A DNA stretch of 64,000 nt from Betaproteobacteria bacterium (GTDB lineage: Bacteria; Pseudomonadota; Gammaproteobacteria; Burkholderiales; SG8-39). This document shows positions 53,086 through 62,529 of the stretch, one piece after another. The translations under genes were made by a program, and so were the position numbers. Below the pieces are notes generated by a model. That model had not been told where the DNA came from and did no database searches. It was given only the letters and a program-made list of their open reading frames with translations. Position 1 is the stretch's first letter. Every line of letters starts with the position of its first letter. The DNA lies in the NCBI GenBank assembly GCA_022340285.1, contig JAJDOG010000095.1:30678-94677 (forward strand), given 5' to 3'.

Positions 53086-54234
53086 TTAGTTGCTCTCGCC
53101 AATCAGGCCCGCCTGGACGTCCTCTCCGGCCATCTGGCGCCGCACCACATCGACGTCCTCGCGGGCGAGCGCGAAGGGAAAGGACAGGATGTCGGAGGGC
53201 GGGGAGTCACCGAATGGCCGGTTGCACGCCGAGACCTGGTCGTCCTCTTTGCCCGGGCAACCCGACGTCCTGAACGGCTTGCCGGTGGCGATGATGCCGC
53301 CGAGGTCGTCTTCCGCAACGCCGAAGTCGACGACCCTGCCCGCGTCGTCGAAGCGCATGTCCTCGATGCGGGCGTTGCAGTAGTCGATGAGGAAGCGGCC
53401 GAGCTGGACGCGCCGCCATTGCCCCCGATCCACCGCGGGCCAGTCTTCCATCATCGAGCCTCGCTCGGGATAGAAGGCGAACATGTGATTATGGCCACCG
53501 AGATCCTTGATGCGCTGGCAGGCCGACAGGATCTCCTGCTCGGTCTCACCCATGCCGGCGATGAGATGCGCGCCGAAGCGCTCCGGCCCGAAGATGTCCG
53601 CGGCCCATTCGATCGCCCGCCAGTATCCGTCCCACGTGTGGGGGCTGTCGACACCCCGCCCGCGCGTCCGATCGAAAATCTCGGGCGTCACCGCATCCAG
53701 GGCGACGGTGAATATTTCCGCACCCATGTCGCGCAGGCGCGCGAGATCGCTCCGCTCCAGCGTGGTGGGATTCGAGAGGATGGAGACCGGGACGTGCGGG
53801 ACTTCCCGCACCCACCGCTCGAGCAGCACGAACGTGTCCGCGTTGGAGCTCGGGTGGGTGATCATCGAGATGCACATCCTCTCGAAGGCGCCCTTGTCGC
53901 CGCCCGCCCTCACACGCTCGATCACCTCGTCGTAGCGCGCTGTCGGCCAGTCGACGCGGATGAAGTTCCGGTCCGCGTAGTCGCGCGCCTCTTCGCGGTG
54001 ACGTGCGAGGCCGCAATAGGCGCAGTTCGCGCGGCATCCTTCCGGATACGTGACCAGCAGATTGAGGCAGTGCGTGCAGGACGTCCGGTGCATCCTGCCG
54101 GGTATCAGTCCGAGCGTGATCGCCGCGGCCGTGCTCATCTGGACGTATTCCGGCGAACGCATTGCCGGAGTGCGCACGTGATAGTCCGGACGGTAGAACC
54201 GGATCGGCTGTCCTTCGTTCAGTACCGCGCTCAT
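53086..54234 (-). CDS. lipS2: Radical SAM lipoyl synthase subunit, LipS2-like
   Basis: CRANCAYC motif, RMCISM, TSGCPG...ACNRP; context of sLpl(AB) and LipT; S1/S2 naming inferred from gene order. Confidence 0.78.
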   Translation of the reverse strand: MSAVLNEGQPIRFYRPDYHVRTPAMRSPEYVQMSTAAAITLGLIPGRMHRTSCTHCLNLLVTYPEGCRANCAYCGLARHREEARDYADRNFIRVDWPTARYDEVIERVRAGGDKGAFERMCISMITHPSSNADTFVLLERWVREVPHVPVSILSNPTTLERSDLARLRDMGAEIFTVALDAVTPEIFDRTRGRGVDSPHTWDGYWRAIEWAADIFGPERFGAHLIAGMGETEQEILSACQRIKDLGGHNHMFAFYPERGSMMEDWPAVDRGQWRRVQLGRFLIDYCNARIEDMRFDDAGRVVDFGVAEDDLGGIIATGKPFRTSGCPGKEDDQVSACNRPFGDSPPSDILSFPFALAREDVDVVRRQMAGEDVQAGLIGESN

Positions 54235-54267
54235 CTCTTCTCCTCGATCCTTCTTCGCTCTTCGAAC

Positions 54268-54477
54268 CTACTTTTCCGCACGATCGATCTCTTCGCGGCG
54301 GCGCTCGCTCGACTGCTGAAGCGCCTTCTCGACATCCTTGGCACGCTCCATCGACTGCCGCTGACTCTTCAGCAGGTCGGGCGGGGGTTCCTTCGGCCCG
54401 CTGTCACACGCCGTGATCGCCAAGGCGAAACACGCCATCAGCGCGAAGCCGAACGACGATCGCAGGATGCCATGCAT
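54268..54477 (-). CDS. Small lipoprotein (69 aa)
   Basis: MHGILRSSFGFALMACFALAITAC lipobox followed by a charged helix (SMERAKDVEKALQQ). Confidence 0.65.
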   Translation of the reverse strand: MHGILRSSFGFALMACFALAITACDSGPKEPPPDLLKSQRQSMERAKDVEKALQQSSERRREEIDRAEK

Positions 54478-54515
54478 GGGTCTACCCTCCCCTCTATTCA
54501 ATTCCGACTCCGCGC

Positions 54516-55022
54516 TCAGAACTCGAGACTGTCCTTGATCGCGGCGATTCCCGCTGTGGCGCAAGCCTCGTCCGCTTCGCCACCCGGTGCGCCCGAGACG
54601 CCAATCGCGCCGACCAGCGACCCGGCGCTCTCGATCATCAGGCCGCCACCGATGGCCACGACACCCGGGCGATTGCGCACGCCGCTCTGCGGCTTGCCAG
54701 CCTGCGTGATTTCGGCGAGGTCGCCCGAGTTCGTACGAAAGCTCACCGCGGTCCACGCCTTGCCGCGCGCCGTCGATGGCGTGTGCGGCCCCGCGAAGCG
54801 ATCGCGCAGCATGACCTGCATCACGCCCATCCGGTCCACGACGGCGACAGCGACCTGGTAGCCGTCGTCGCGGCATTTCTTCAGCGCTGCCTGGGCGGCC
54901 TTGAGCGCGGTCTCGGGGGTAAGCAGCTTCACCGAGTAGGTGGCGCTGGCGTCCTGCGCCGAGGTCGACGCGCTGGCGAGAATCGCCGCCGCGGCGAGCG
55001 TTGCGAGTGCGATTTTTCCCAT
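54516..55022 (-). CDS. GlcG/HbpS family heme-binding protein, secreted
   Basis: Signal peptide; VAVAVVDR.G, ARGKAWTA, IGGG, GAIGVSGAPGG.AD..CA. Confidence 0.88.
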   Translation of the reverse strand: MGKIALATLAAAAILASASTSAQDASATYSVKLLTPETALKAAQAALKKCRDDGYQVAVAVVDRMGVMQVMLRDRFAGPHTPSTARGKAWTAVSFRTNSGDLAEITQAGKPQSGVRNRPGVVAIGGGLMIESAGSLVGAIGVSGAPGGEADEACATAGIAAIKDSLEF

Positions 55023-55043
55023 GAGAGATCCCTCCTTGGTGTC

Positions 55044-56141
55044 CTATGCCGCCAGCGCCGGGGCAGCCTCATCCCGGAAATAATCCGGAAAGGCGATCCA
55101 GGCACGGCGATGCACGTGATCCGAACCCGCGTCGCGGCTCTGCCAGCGGCTCACGAGCCAGCGGCGGCGCGCGACGGCGCGCTCGAGGCTGGTCTCGAAC
55201 TGGTCCCGAATCTCCTCGTCGTATGCGCGCCAGGCGTCGGCATCCCCCGCGCAATAGCGCGCCGCTGCGTCTCCGGCGCTTTCACCCGAGACGACGGCGG
55301 CCGCAATGCCGGCCCCGGTGATCGGATGCGTCAGTCCGGCGGCGTCGCCCACGAACGCGACATTGCGCTCTGCGAGCTTCGATCGCATCCCACCAACCGG
55401 GATCGGTCCGCCGGTGCGGCGCAGAATCTCCGCTCCGACGCGGCCCTCCGCAGCGAGCATGCCATGCAATCTGTCGAGAGGCTGCTTGAGATCTCGGGCC
55501 AGCCGGGTATCCATGCCGAGGCCGAGATTTGCGATCGCGCCCTTCGGAAACAGCCACGCGTACCCGCCCGGGTACTCCGGCGCGAGCCAGATGTCGGTGG
55601 CGCTGCTCGGCACGCGAAGCGGCACGGTATATTGCCGCGTTTCCACGGTCTCCAGCCGCGGGACACCGAGTGCCGCCGCGACACGCGAGCGGGGACCGTC
55701 CGCCGCGATAAGCACGCGGTAACGCAGCCCGAACTCGCTTCTTCCGTTGCGCAGGGCGGCCACATCCGCCCCGGCGTCGACGGCGGTCAACGAGGTGGCG
55801 CACCACAGCCTGGCACCCGCCGCACGAGCGGCCTCGGCAAGCGCGAGATCGAAGCGGGCGCGGTCGATCATCAGTCCCGGAAAGTCGGCCTCGTGGTCGG
55901 CGCCGGAAGGGAGCGTGCTCGTCATGGCGAGAATGCGCTGGACGACCACGCCGGCGCCTCGGGCATGGCGCCCCAGCGGCAATGGAATGAATTCCGCACA
56001 TTGCACCGGCACGCCGATTTCGGCGCGGCGATCAATCGCGACGACCGCGAGGCCGGCGCGCGCCGCAGCCGCCGCCGCCGCGGATCCGCCCGGACCCAGG
56101 CCGACCACCAGAACGTCACACGAGCGTACCTGCGATGTCAT
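55044..56141 (-). CDS. lipT: FAD/NAD-binding geranylgeranyl-reductase-like protein LipT
   Basis: VVGLGPGG, PVQCAE, AADG, GGYAWLFPK, VGDAAG..HP.TGAGI. Confidence 0.8.
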   Translation of the reverse strand: MTSQVRSCDVLVVGLGPGGSAAAAAAARAGLAVVAIDRRAEIGVPVQCAEFIPLPLGRHARGAGVVVQRILAMTSTLPSGADHEADFPGLMIDRARFDLALAEAARAAGARLWCATSLTAVDAGADVAALRNGRSEFGLRYRVLIAADGPRSRVAAALGVPRLETVETRQYTVPLRVPSSATDIWLAPEYPGGYAWLFPKGAIANLGLGMDTRLARDLKQPLDRLHGMLAAEGRVGAEILRRTGGPIPVGGMRSKLAERNVAFVGDAAGLTHPITGAGIAAAVVSGESAGDAAARYCAGDADAWRAYDEEIRDQFETSLERAVARRRWLVSRWQSRDAGSDHVHRRAWIAFPDYFRDEAAPALAA

Positions 56142-57196
56142 GCCGCCCTCAGCGCGTGGTCGATGGCGACTGCGAAATCGGAAGGCGACAGCGCGGGCAT
56201 CTCGATCCGGCGCCCGTGAAAGAACCGCACGATCGCGGATGCGATGTTGTCGACCGCGCAATCCTTGAGCGCCGCCTCGAGATCCGCAACCGTGCGCGGC
56301 GGGTACACGAAGAAATCGCCGCTGAAGCACACCTGCTTGATGCGCGCACCGGGGCGGTCATAGGCGACGGCAGCCCGCAGGATGCCTCCACTGAGTCGAT
56401 GCGCCCCTTCGAGGACCGGCAGGTCGGAGCGCGGTTTCTGCACCATGTCGACCCAGTCCGCCGAATCGATTTCCTTGAGCGCCTCGCGAAAGAGTCGCAC
56501 TTCCTGCGGATAGAGCTCGCCGGGCTCGAACTCGACGCCGAGCTCCGATGCGAACTCGATCGCGATCCGGTGCTTGATCTTCTCGAGCGGCGGAACGACG
56601 CCGAGCAGCTCGCGCAGATTCACGATGCGCGCGCGCGCGCCGGCGATCGCCTCCGGGGAGAGCATCTCGGCCGGCAGCCGCAGGCACCGCAGCATCCGCT
56701 CCATGTCGAAGTCGAGCAGCAACGTGCCCTGGTAGAGCAGCGCGTTCTCGTCGAAGACGCCGCCGGTTCCAGCGATCTTCCGGCCATCCACCTCGATGTC
56801 GGTCAGCGGGCGATAGGTGGCGCGCACGCCGAATGCAGAAACCGCGCGCGCTGCCACCTCGCAGATACGGCGCGAGATCGCGGCCATGTCGGGCGACCCG
56901 AGGTCGGACTTGGCGAGATAGAGCTCCCAGCCGAGCACCGATTCGTCCATGTAGATCGCGCCGCCACCCGTCACGCGCCGCTGGATCTCGACGCCTTGCG
57001 ACCGGCAGAAATCGACGTCGAGCTCCTGCTCGACACTCTGGTGGTAGCCGAGCAGCGCGGCCGGATCGAACTGGAGAAAACGCAACGTGCTCCCGACCAA
57101 CCCGCGCTTGCGCGCCTCCAGAATCGCGCGATTCAGCGCGAAATTCTCCGCCGCGCGGCGGGTTCCGGTGTCGAGCAGCCGCCAAGTGGAGGCCAT
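56138..57196 (-). CDS. Lipoate:protein ligase sLpl(AB)
   Basis: WRLLDTG, LGYHQ, QRRVTGGGAIY, DIEVDGRKIAGTG, C-terminal accessory domain with SGDFF. Confidence 0.88.
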   Translation of the reverse strand: MASTWRLLDTGTRRAAENFALNRAILEARKRGLVGSTLRFLQFDPAALLGYHQSVEQELDVDFCRSQGVEIQRRVTGGGAIYMDESVLGWELYLAKSDLGSPDMAAISRRICEVAARAVSAFGVRATYRPLTDIEVDGRKIAGTGGVFDENALLYQGTLLLDFDMERMLRCLRLPAEMLSPEAIAGARARIVNLRELLGVVPPLEKIKHRIAIEFASELGVEFEPGELYPQEVRLFREALKEIDSADWVDMVQKPRSDLPVLEGAHRLSGGILRAAVAYDRPGARIKQVCFSGDFFVYPPRTVADLEAALKDCAVDNIASAIVRFFHGRRIEMPALSPSDFAVAIDHALRAA

Positions 57197-57206
57197 TGGC
57201 GACGCC

Positions 57207-58337
57207 TCAGGCCGCGACCACTGGGATTCCGGCGAGCCCCTGGGAAGCGCGCCGCCCCGACTCGCGGATGAACTCTGCGACGTCCACAGTGAGCGCGTCG
57301 CGCCCTGCGTCGAGCGCCAGCACTTCATCGCCCAGGGCGATCGAGCAGCATGCGGGCGTCACCCTGACCGACCGCCCGAGTCGCGCGGCAAGCTCGACCG
57401 TGCCGTCGCTGGGATGCGCGAGCCCGTTCAGTCCGGCCATCACTGCGTAGGCGTCGATCTCGACCTTCGCGCGCCCCGGCGGTCGCGCGCAGCCGAGCAG
57501 CACCGGGATGTCCGGCAGCGCCTCGCGCGCGTCCATGAAGAACCGCCCGACCTCCCGACTCGAGGGCACTGCGAAGGGCCGCTTCGCGGGGGCGTAAAAC
57601 GGCATGATCACGACCAGCACCAGTGCGGCAGGCTTGTGGCGCGCGATCGTCTCGAGCGCGTGCCACTCGCCGAGCAGCCGCCCATAGTGCAATCCGACGA
57701 CGATGTGCGGCACGACCTTGAGGCTCGTCTCGGTCAGGTGCGCAAGCGCCGCCTCGAAATCGGCGACCGGGCGCTTGAGGTGATACACCTGCGTGACGGT
57801 GTCCTGCGCGCCGATGATGTCGAGCATTGCCGCGTCGACGCCACTCTCCTCGATGCGCTTCGCCTGATCGCGCGTGGCAAGCGCTGTATGCATTGCGATC
57901 CGGAATCCCTGGAATGCATCCTTGATGCGGCGAATGGTCGGGAAGAACGGTCCGTACTCCACCTCGTCGCGAAGATTGGAACCGCCCGTCAGCAGCATGC
58001 CCTGTGCACCCGCTTCGACCTGCTCGTTCACCACGCGCCAGAGCGCATCGGGCGTCCTAGCCGGAATCATCGGCTCCAGCAGCTTCGCCTTGCAGTGATC
58101 ACATTGGAGCTTGCACTCGGGCCCGGTGATCGACACTGCGGGCCAAGCACTCTTGCCGCAGCCAGCGATCTCGGAGCTGGCAAAGGCCTTGAAAGTGGGG
58201 ACGTAAAAATTGACCTGCCGCGCGGCGTCCCGAGGCAGGCGCGCAAAGCGCTCCTCGAAGGAGCCGACGAGCCCCGCGTCGAACTCGCCGACTTCGAGGG
58301 CCTCGATTCCGTTGAGCGTCTCGAGCCAGAGCGACAT
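57207..58337 (-). CDS. lipS1: Radical SAM lipoyl synthase subunit, LipS1-like
   Basis: SITGPECKLQCDHC, LLTGGS, PHIVVGL, LGCARP, C-terminal CCS; directly after lbpA. Confidence 0.8.
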   Translation of the reverse strand: MSLWLETLNGIEALEVGEFDAGLVGSFEERFARLPRDAARQVNFYVPTFKAFASSEIAGCGKSAWPAVSITGPECKLQCDHCKAKLLEPMIPARTPDALWRVVNEQVEAGAQGMLLTGGSNLRDEVEYGPFFPTIRRIKDAFQGFRIAMHTALATRDQAKRIEESGVDAAMLDIIGAQDTVTQVYHLKRPVADFEAALAHLTETSLKVVPHIVVGLHYGRLLGEWHALETIARHKPAALVLVVIMPFYAPAKRPFAVPSSREVGRFFMDAREALPDIPVLLGCARPPGRAKVEIDAYAVMAGLNGLAHPSDGTVELAARLGRSVRVTPACCSIALGDEVLALDAGRDALTVDVAEFIRESGRRASQGLAGIPVVAA

Positions 58338-58348
58338 GACGCGTCGGG

Positions 58349-58786
58349 TCAGCAGCCCGCGAAGCCGTCCGCGGTCATCTTCGCTTCGAATGCCTGGGCA
58401 ACGGCGCCGCCCGTCACCAGGGCGGCCAGCTCGGCATCCAGGTTGGTCGGCTTCAGCTTCACCAACCAGCCTTCGCCGTACGGGTCCTTGTTGATGCTTC
58501 CCGGCTTTGCGGCAACCGCTTCGTTGATCGCAGCGACCTCGCCGGCGACGGGCGTCTTGACCGGGCCGACCCATTTCCCCGACTCGACCGTCGCGCAGGA
58601 CTTGTTCACGTCCACCGTCCGGCCAACCTTCTTGGGTGTGTACGCAACCACCTCACCCGCGAGCGCGCAGGCGTAGGCCGTCATGCCGACTGTCACCGTT
58701 CCATCGGACTCCTTGCGTGCCCAGACGTTGTTCTCGACGTTGTAGTAGAGGTCGTCAGGAAGGTTGCAGTTCTTCACCGATGCCAT
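58349..58786 (-). CDS. lbpA2: Lipoate-binding protein LbpA2 (GcvH-like)
   Basis: VESGKWVGP (lipoyl Lys), NKDPYGEGW, Cys at both termini (KNC...FAGC). Confidence 0.87.
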   Translation of the reverse strand: MASVKNCNLPDDLYYNVENNVWARKESDGTVTVGMTAYACALAGEVVAYTPKKVGRTVDVNKSCATVESGKWVGPVKTPVAGEVAAINEAVAAKPGSINKDPYGEGWLVKLKPTNLDAELAALVTGGAVAQAFEAKMTADGFAGC

Positions 58787-58892
58787 GTTTTCCCCCGTTC
58801 TAATTTTCCTCGACGCCGCGCTTGCCGGCGATCGTCCGTGTAGCCCCAATCCGTCAGTTAACCCTCAGGCCCGGATGCTCGCTTGTGCTGGA

Positions 58893-59288
58893 TCAAAAAA
58901 AGAGCACCTTATCAGAACTGAGAATCATGTCGGCGAGGGCGCCTCCGCTTGACACCTCGTCGATCTCCGGAATCAGGTCGTCCTTCTCCATCTCGTACCC
59001 CGGCAGCGCCGGATTGCACGCATGGAACCTCACTCCGGCGCTCTTCGCGTCGCGCATGAACTCGATGATCCGCTTGCCGCCCTCCATGGCGACCAGGTTG
59101 TCGGGCACCCCTTTCCTCACCAGCCGGACACCTTCCATGGTGAAGAAGATTGTGACTTCCGCATCCATGGCGGCAAGGAGCGCGCCGATGTAGAACGGTG
59201 TCGCGCAGCGCTGCGGCGTGGACGGTCCACTGGTCATCACGATGACGACGGATTTCGCATCGTGATCGAGATACTCCGAGTCAGCCAC
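58893..59288 (-). CDS. DsrE3-type sulfurtransferase
   Basis: TSGPSTPQRCATPF, FFTMEG, FHAC; lies between the two lbpA genes. Confidence 0.83.
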   Translation of the reverse strand: MADSEYLDHDAKSVVIVMTSGPSTPQRCATPFYIGALLAAMDAEVTIFFTMEGVRLVRKGVPDNLVAMEGGKRIIEFMRDAKSAGVRFHACNPALPGYEMEKDDLIPEIDEVSSGGALADMILSSDKVLFF

Positions 59289-59306
59289 GGTTGCCTCCGC
59301 GGCGCG

Positions 59307-59753
59307 TCACGATGCGAGCCGCCTGCACTTTATATCGTCCTGCCGGGCCCGCGCGCAGTACCCTTGCGCAGCGCGATCGCCCGTCAGGAGCCCGGCGAGC
59401 GCGTCCTCGGTGGGCACGGCGGGCCGGATCCGCGCGATCCAGTGCGCATAGGGGTCCCGGTTGAGCAACGCGGGATCGTCGAGCACCGCCTGGTTGCCCG
59501 ACTCGATCACGCAGTCGAACGGGTTCGGAACCGGACCGGCCCACTTCCCCGTCTCGATCGTCGCCACGGGCTTTCCCTTCGGTCGCGTGCTGCCGGGCCG
59601 GCGCACGCGCACGTGCAGCACCTTGCCCGCAACGGTCTGCGAGATGTCGGTCATGCCGATCGAGATCGTGCCGTCGGCCTCGGGGCGCACCCAGATCTGA
59701 TACTGGTCATCGTAGTAGAGCTCTGGGCGAAACTCGCATCCGTTGCACTGCAT
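59307..59753 (-). CDS. lbpA1: Lipoate-binding protein LbpA1 (GcvH-like)
   Basis: MQCNGCEF, GMTDISQT, IETGKWAGP, NRDPY, C-terminal IKC. Confidence 0.87.
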   Translation of the reverse strand: MQCNGCEFRPELYYDDQYQIWVRPEADGTISIGMTDISQTVAGKVLHVRVRRPGSTRPKGKPVATIETGKWAGPVPNPFDCVIESGNQAVLDDPALLNRDPYAHWIARIRPAVPTEDALAGLLTGDRAAQGYCARARQDDIKCRRLAS

Positions 59754-59893
59754 TGAAGCCTAACAACGCGCTCCGCGCACGTGCGCGGGGGATATACAAG
59801 GGGGATTCCCCCCTTGTTCGTACGACCGAGGTTTGCCTAGCACGCTATATTCGTCACTCAAAGTCGCCACGGCGCGCATTCTTTAGCAGCCTG

Positions 59894-60805
59894 CTAAATG
59901 ACGCCCTTCTCGTGCAGGAAATCGAGCGAGTCCGAGACGTTCTCGTGGATGGCGAGCTTGCGGGCGGACAATCCGAGGGCAAGGCCGAGCAGCTGCGTGA
60001 AGTAGAGGACCTTGACGTTGGTCTTGATCCCGAACTCCGTCTCCGCTCGGATCTGGTGCATCTCCAGTCCGGAATGGCAGGTCGGGCACTCGGTGGCGAT
60101 GACCTCCGCCCCGCACTCCTCGGCCGCCTGGAGCAGGTTGAGCACGAGCTGGGTCGAGGTGTCGGAGTCCGATAATGTGTGCGCGCCTCCGCAGCAGGCC
60201 GTCTTGAGCGGGTACTCGACGTTCACCGCGCCCGCAGCGGCCAGCAGGTCGTCCATGAAATGCGGGGCGTAGCTCGACTCGGATCCCGGTCCCTGATCCT
60301 TTTCCGGAAAGATCTGCCGCGGGCGCGTGTACATGCAGCCATAGTAGTTGGCGATCTTCATTCCCTTGAGCGAATTCCGGATCCGGGCCTTCAGTCCTTT
60401 CGGGCCCAGCTCCTCCATCAGCCACTCGAGGAGGTGCACGGTGCGCACGTCACCCTTGTAAACGGGGTCGTTCGCCTTGCCGGCCAGATCCTGAACCGTC
60501 TGCATGGCTTCCGTCGATGTCGCGCACTCGTATTCGGCCTTCTTGAGGTTGTGATAGCAGCCGTTGCAGGGCGCCATGACCGTATCGCAGCCCATCTTCT
60601 CGCCGGCGATCGCCATGTTGCGGGCGGACATGTACGTCTGCAGCATCGGATGGACGTTTTTCACCTCCATTGCGCCGCAGCAGTTCCAGTCGTCCAGGTC
60701 GACCATCTCGAGTCCGAGAGCGTCCACCAGCGCCCGGGTCGAACGGTCGTAGGGGCCGCCGGATCCTTCGAGTGCGCAACCGGGGTAATACGCCACCTTG
60801 CTCAT
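59894..60805 (-). CDS. shdrB2: sHdr subunit B2 (CCG domain)
   Basis: YYPGC, WNCCGA, PCNGC, YYGC, ACCGGAH, ECPTCH. Confidence 0.9.
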   Translation of the reverse strand: MSKVAYYPGCALEGSGGPYDRSTRALVDALGLEMVDLDDWNCCGAMEVKNVHPMLQTYMSARNMAIAGEKMGCDTVMAPCNGCYHNLKKAEYECATSTEAMQTVQDLAGKANDPVYKGDVRTVHLLEWLMEELGPKGLKARIRNSLKGMKIANYYGCMYTRPRQIFPEKDQGPGSESSYAPHFMDDLLAAAGAVNVEYPLKTACCGGAHTLSDSDTSTQLVLNLLQAAEECGAEVIATECPTCHSGLEMHQIRAETEFGIKTNVKVLYFTQLLGLALGLSARKLAIHENVSDSLDFLHEKGVI

Positions 60806-60822
60806 CGTCTACCTCGAATAAA

Positions 60823-61614
60823 TCAATGCGTTGGCGAGCCGATGCCGGCGTGGGCGGCGCGCTTCTGCTCCTCGACGTACTCGCGCAACACCTCTCCCGT
60901 GCGTCCCCACGACCGCGTGCGCGGTTTGAAGACCATGGCCCAGCCCATCTTGAATCCCTGCACGAGCGGCAGCCTGGCGACGAACTTTCCGATCTTGCCC
61001 TGCCGCAGGAGATGCACGTTGTTCATCCGTTCGATCAGCAGCCTCAACCAGCCGCCCTTCAGCATCGCGCCCAGGTTCTGTCCCGTCTGCCGGAAGAAGT
61101 TGAACATCACCTCGGTGTCCTCGATGCGACCGCGCTCGATGCATTGACGCGTGAATTCCTCGTCGAAGAGCGTCGATCGCGATTTCGGCGTGTGCCCCTC
61201 GGCCTCGAGCCAGTGCGCAAGCGCCTTCATCACGCCTTCGGGCCGGACGTCCTTCGGGCAGATGTTCGTGCACTTGTTGCACGAGACGCACTGCCAGATG
61301 ATGTCCTTGTCCTTGACCAGCTCGCTCTTGTAACCCAGGTTGATCAGGTAGATCCAGTAGCGGGGATTGAAGTCCGTGTTGATCGCGTACATCGTGCACG
61401 AGTTGGTGCACGAGCCGCATTGCCAGCAGCGATGAACGTTCTCGCCGCCCGGGAACGCCTGGATCGTCTCGTAGAAGTCCGGGTCGTATTCGGTCATCGT
61501 CCGCGGCAGGATCATCGTGTTCCAGTGACCGGACACGTCGATCCCGTCGACGACGAGCTTGTCCGACTGCACGAGCAGCTGCGGATCTATAAGGGTCTTC
61601 TCGTGAATTGGCAT
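60823..61614 (-). CDS. shdrC2: sHdr subunit C2 (2x[4Fe-4S])
   Basis: CWQCGSCTNSC and CVSCNKCTNICP. Confidence 0.9.
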   Translation of the reverse strand: MPIHEKTLIDPQLLVQSDKLVVDGIDVSGHWNTMILPRTMTEYDPDFYETIQAFPGGENVHRCWQCGSCTNSCTMYAINTDFNPRYWIYLINLGYKSELVKDKDIIWQCVSCNKCTNICPKDVRPEGVMKALAHWLEAEGHTPKSRSTLFDEEFTRQCIERGRIEDTEVMFNFFRQTGQNLGAMLKGGWLRLLIERMNNVHLLRQGKIGKFVARLPLVQGFKMGWAMVFKPRTRSWGRTGEVLREYVEEQKRAAHAGIGSPTH

Positions 61615-61626
61615 CGTGCGCGTTCC

Positions 61627-62487
61627 TTACACTCTGACGACTCGCGACTTTCCGCCGCGACGCCCGGCCTCGATGCCGAGCAGTTTCTTCAGGTTCTCCT
61701 CCGGTCCGCCGGTGCGGCTGAAGTCGGACCCGAGCACCCCTCCGGTCATCGACCGGAAGTATTGCGTGTAGGCCGCCGCCTCGACGAGATCCACCCAGAG
61801 CGGCACGTCACGGTAGATACCCTGCGCCTCGATCTCGCCGGCGATCCAGGTGCGCGCCGCCTCGAATGTCTCGGGCCGGTTGTCGAGGGCCAGTCGGTCC
61901 ACCTGGTCCGGGTTGTGAACGAATTCGCGCAACGCGCCGCTCGACGTCGCGTCGTCCCAAACCCATCGCGCCATGAGCGGATAGCGGACCGGATCTATGA
62001 AATGCAGTGACTCGGCGGCAAAATCGTGTGCAGCGCGGCGCAGTCGCGCCGCGCGCCCGCGTGCCTCCCTTCCCTCTCCGTCGCGGATGGGCAGCCGGGC
62101 AACGAAGCCGCTCATGCGCGCGGCGACCGGCTCTATGCCATGCAGCAGGTCGCGCAGCGCTCCGGCCGTGGCCGCGGGTCCTAACTCGGCAATGACCGGC
62201 TGGAGCTTGCGCCGCGCCGTGAACACCGCTTCGAGCAGCGCCTCGAGCCCTGCGTGATCCAGCGCATCGATCGCCCCCTCGGCGAGCACCTCGGAAAAGA
62301 GGCGCTGCTTGGCGCCGAGAGCCTCGAGGTAGGTATCGACGCCGCCATCGACGCGGGCGACCTCGAGCAGCATGGTCATGTGGCTCCGGAAACGCTCTTC
62401 GTCGAACTGCACCGGCAGCTCGGCCGGCGCGATCACGTCCGGCATCGCCTCCGCCGCGGCGTCTCGCCGCTTTCTAAGCCAGAGCAT
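61627..62487 (-). CDS. shdrH: sHdr accessory protein H
   Basis: Lies between sHdrA and sHdrC2; PLMARWVWD...SGALRE motif. Confidence 0.78.
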   Translation of the reverse strand: MLWLRKRRDAAAEAMPDVIAPAELPVQFDEERFRSHMTMLLEVARVDGGVDTYLEALGAKQRLFSEVLAEGAIDALDHAGLEALLEAVFTARRKLQPVIAELGPAATAGALRDLLHGIEPVAARMSGFVARLPIRDGEGREARGRAARLRRAAHDFAAESLHFIDPVRYPLMARWVWDDATSSGALREFVHNPDQVDRLALDNRPETFEAARTWIAGEIEAQGIYRDVPLWVDLVEAAAYTQYFRSMTGGVLGSDFSRTGGPEENLKKLLGIEAGRRGGKSRVVRV

Positions 62488-62529
62488 CGGAATGGCCTTG
62501 CCGATAGCCTCGTTCCCGCGCGCCTGCCT

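Noticed and set aside
58349-59753. Glycine cleavage system H proteins
   Set aside because: No gcvT/gcvP in the window; the GKW motif, terminal Cys and shdr context indicate LbpA
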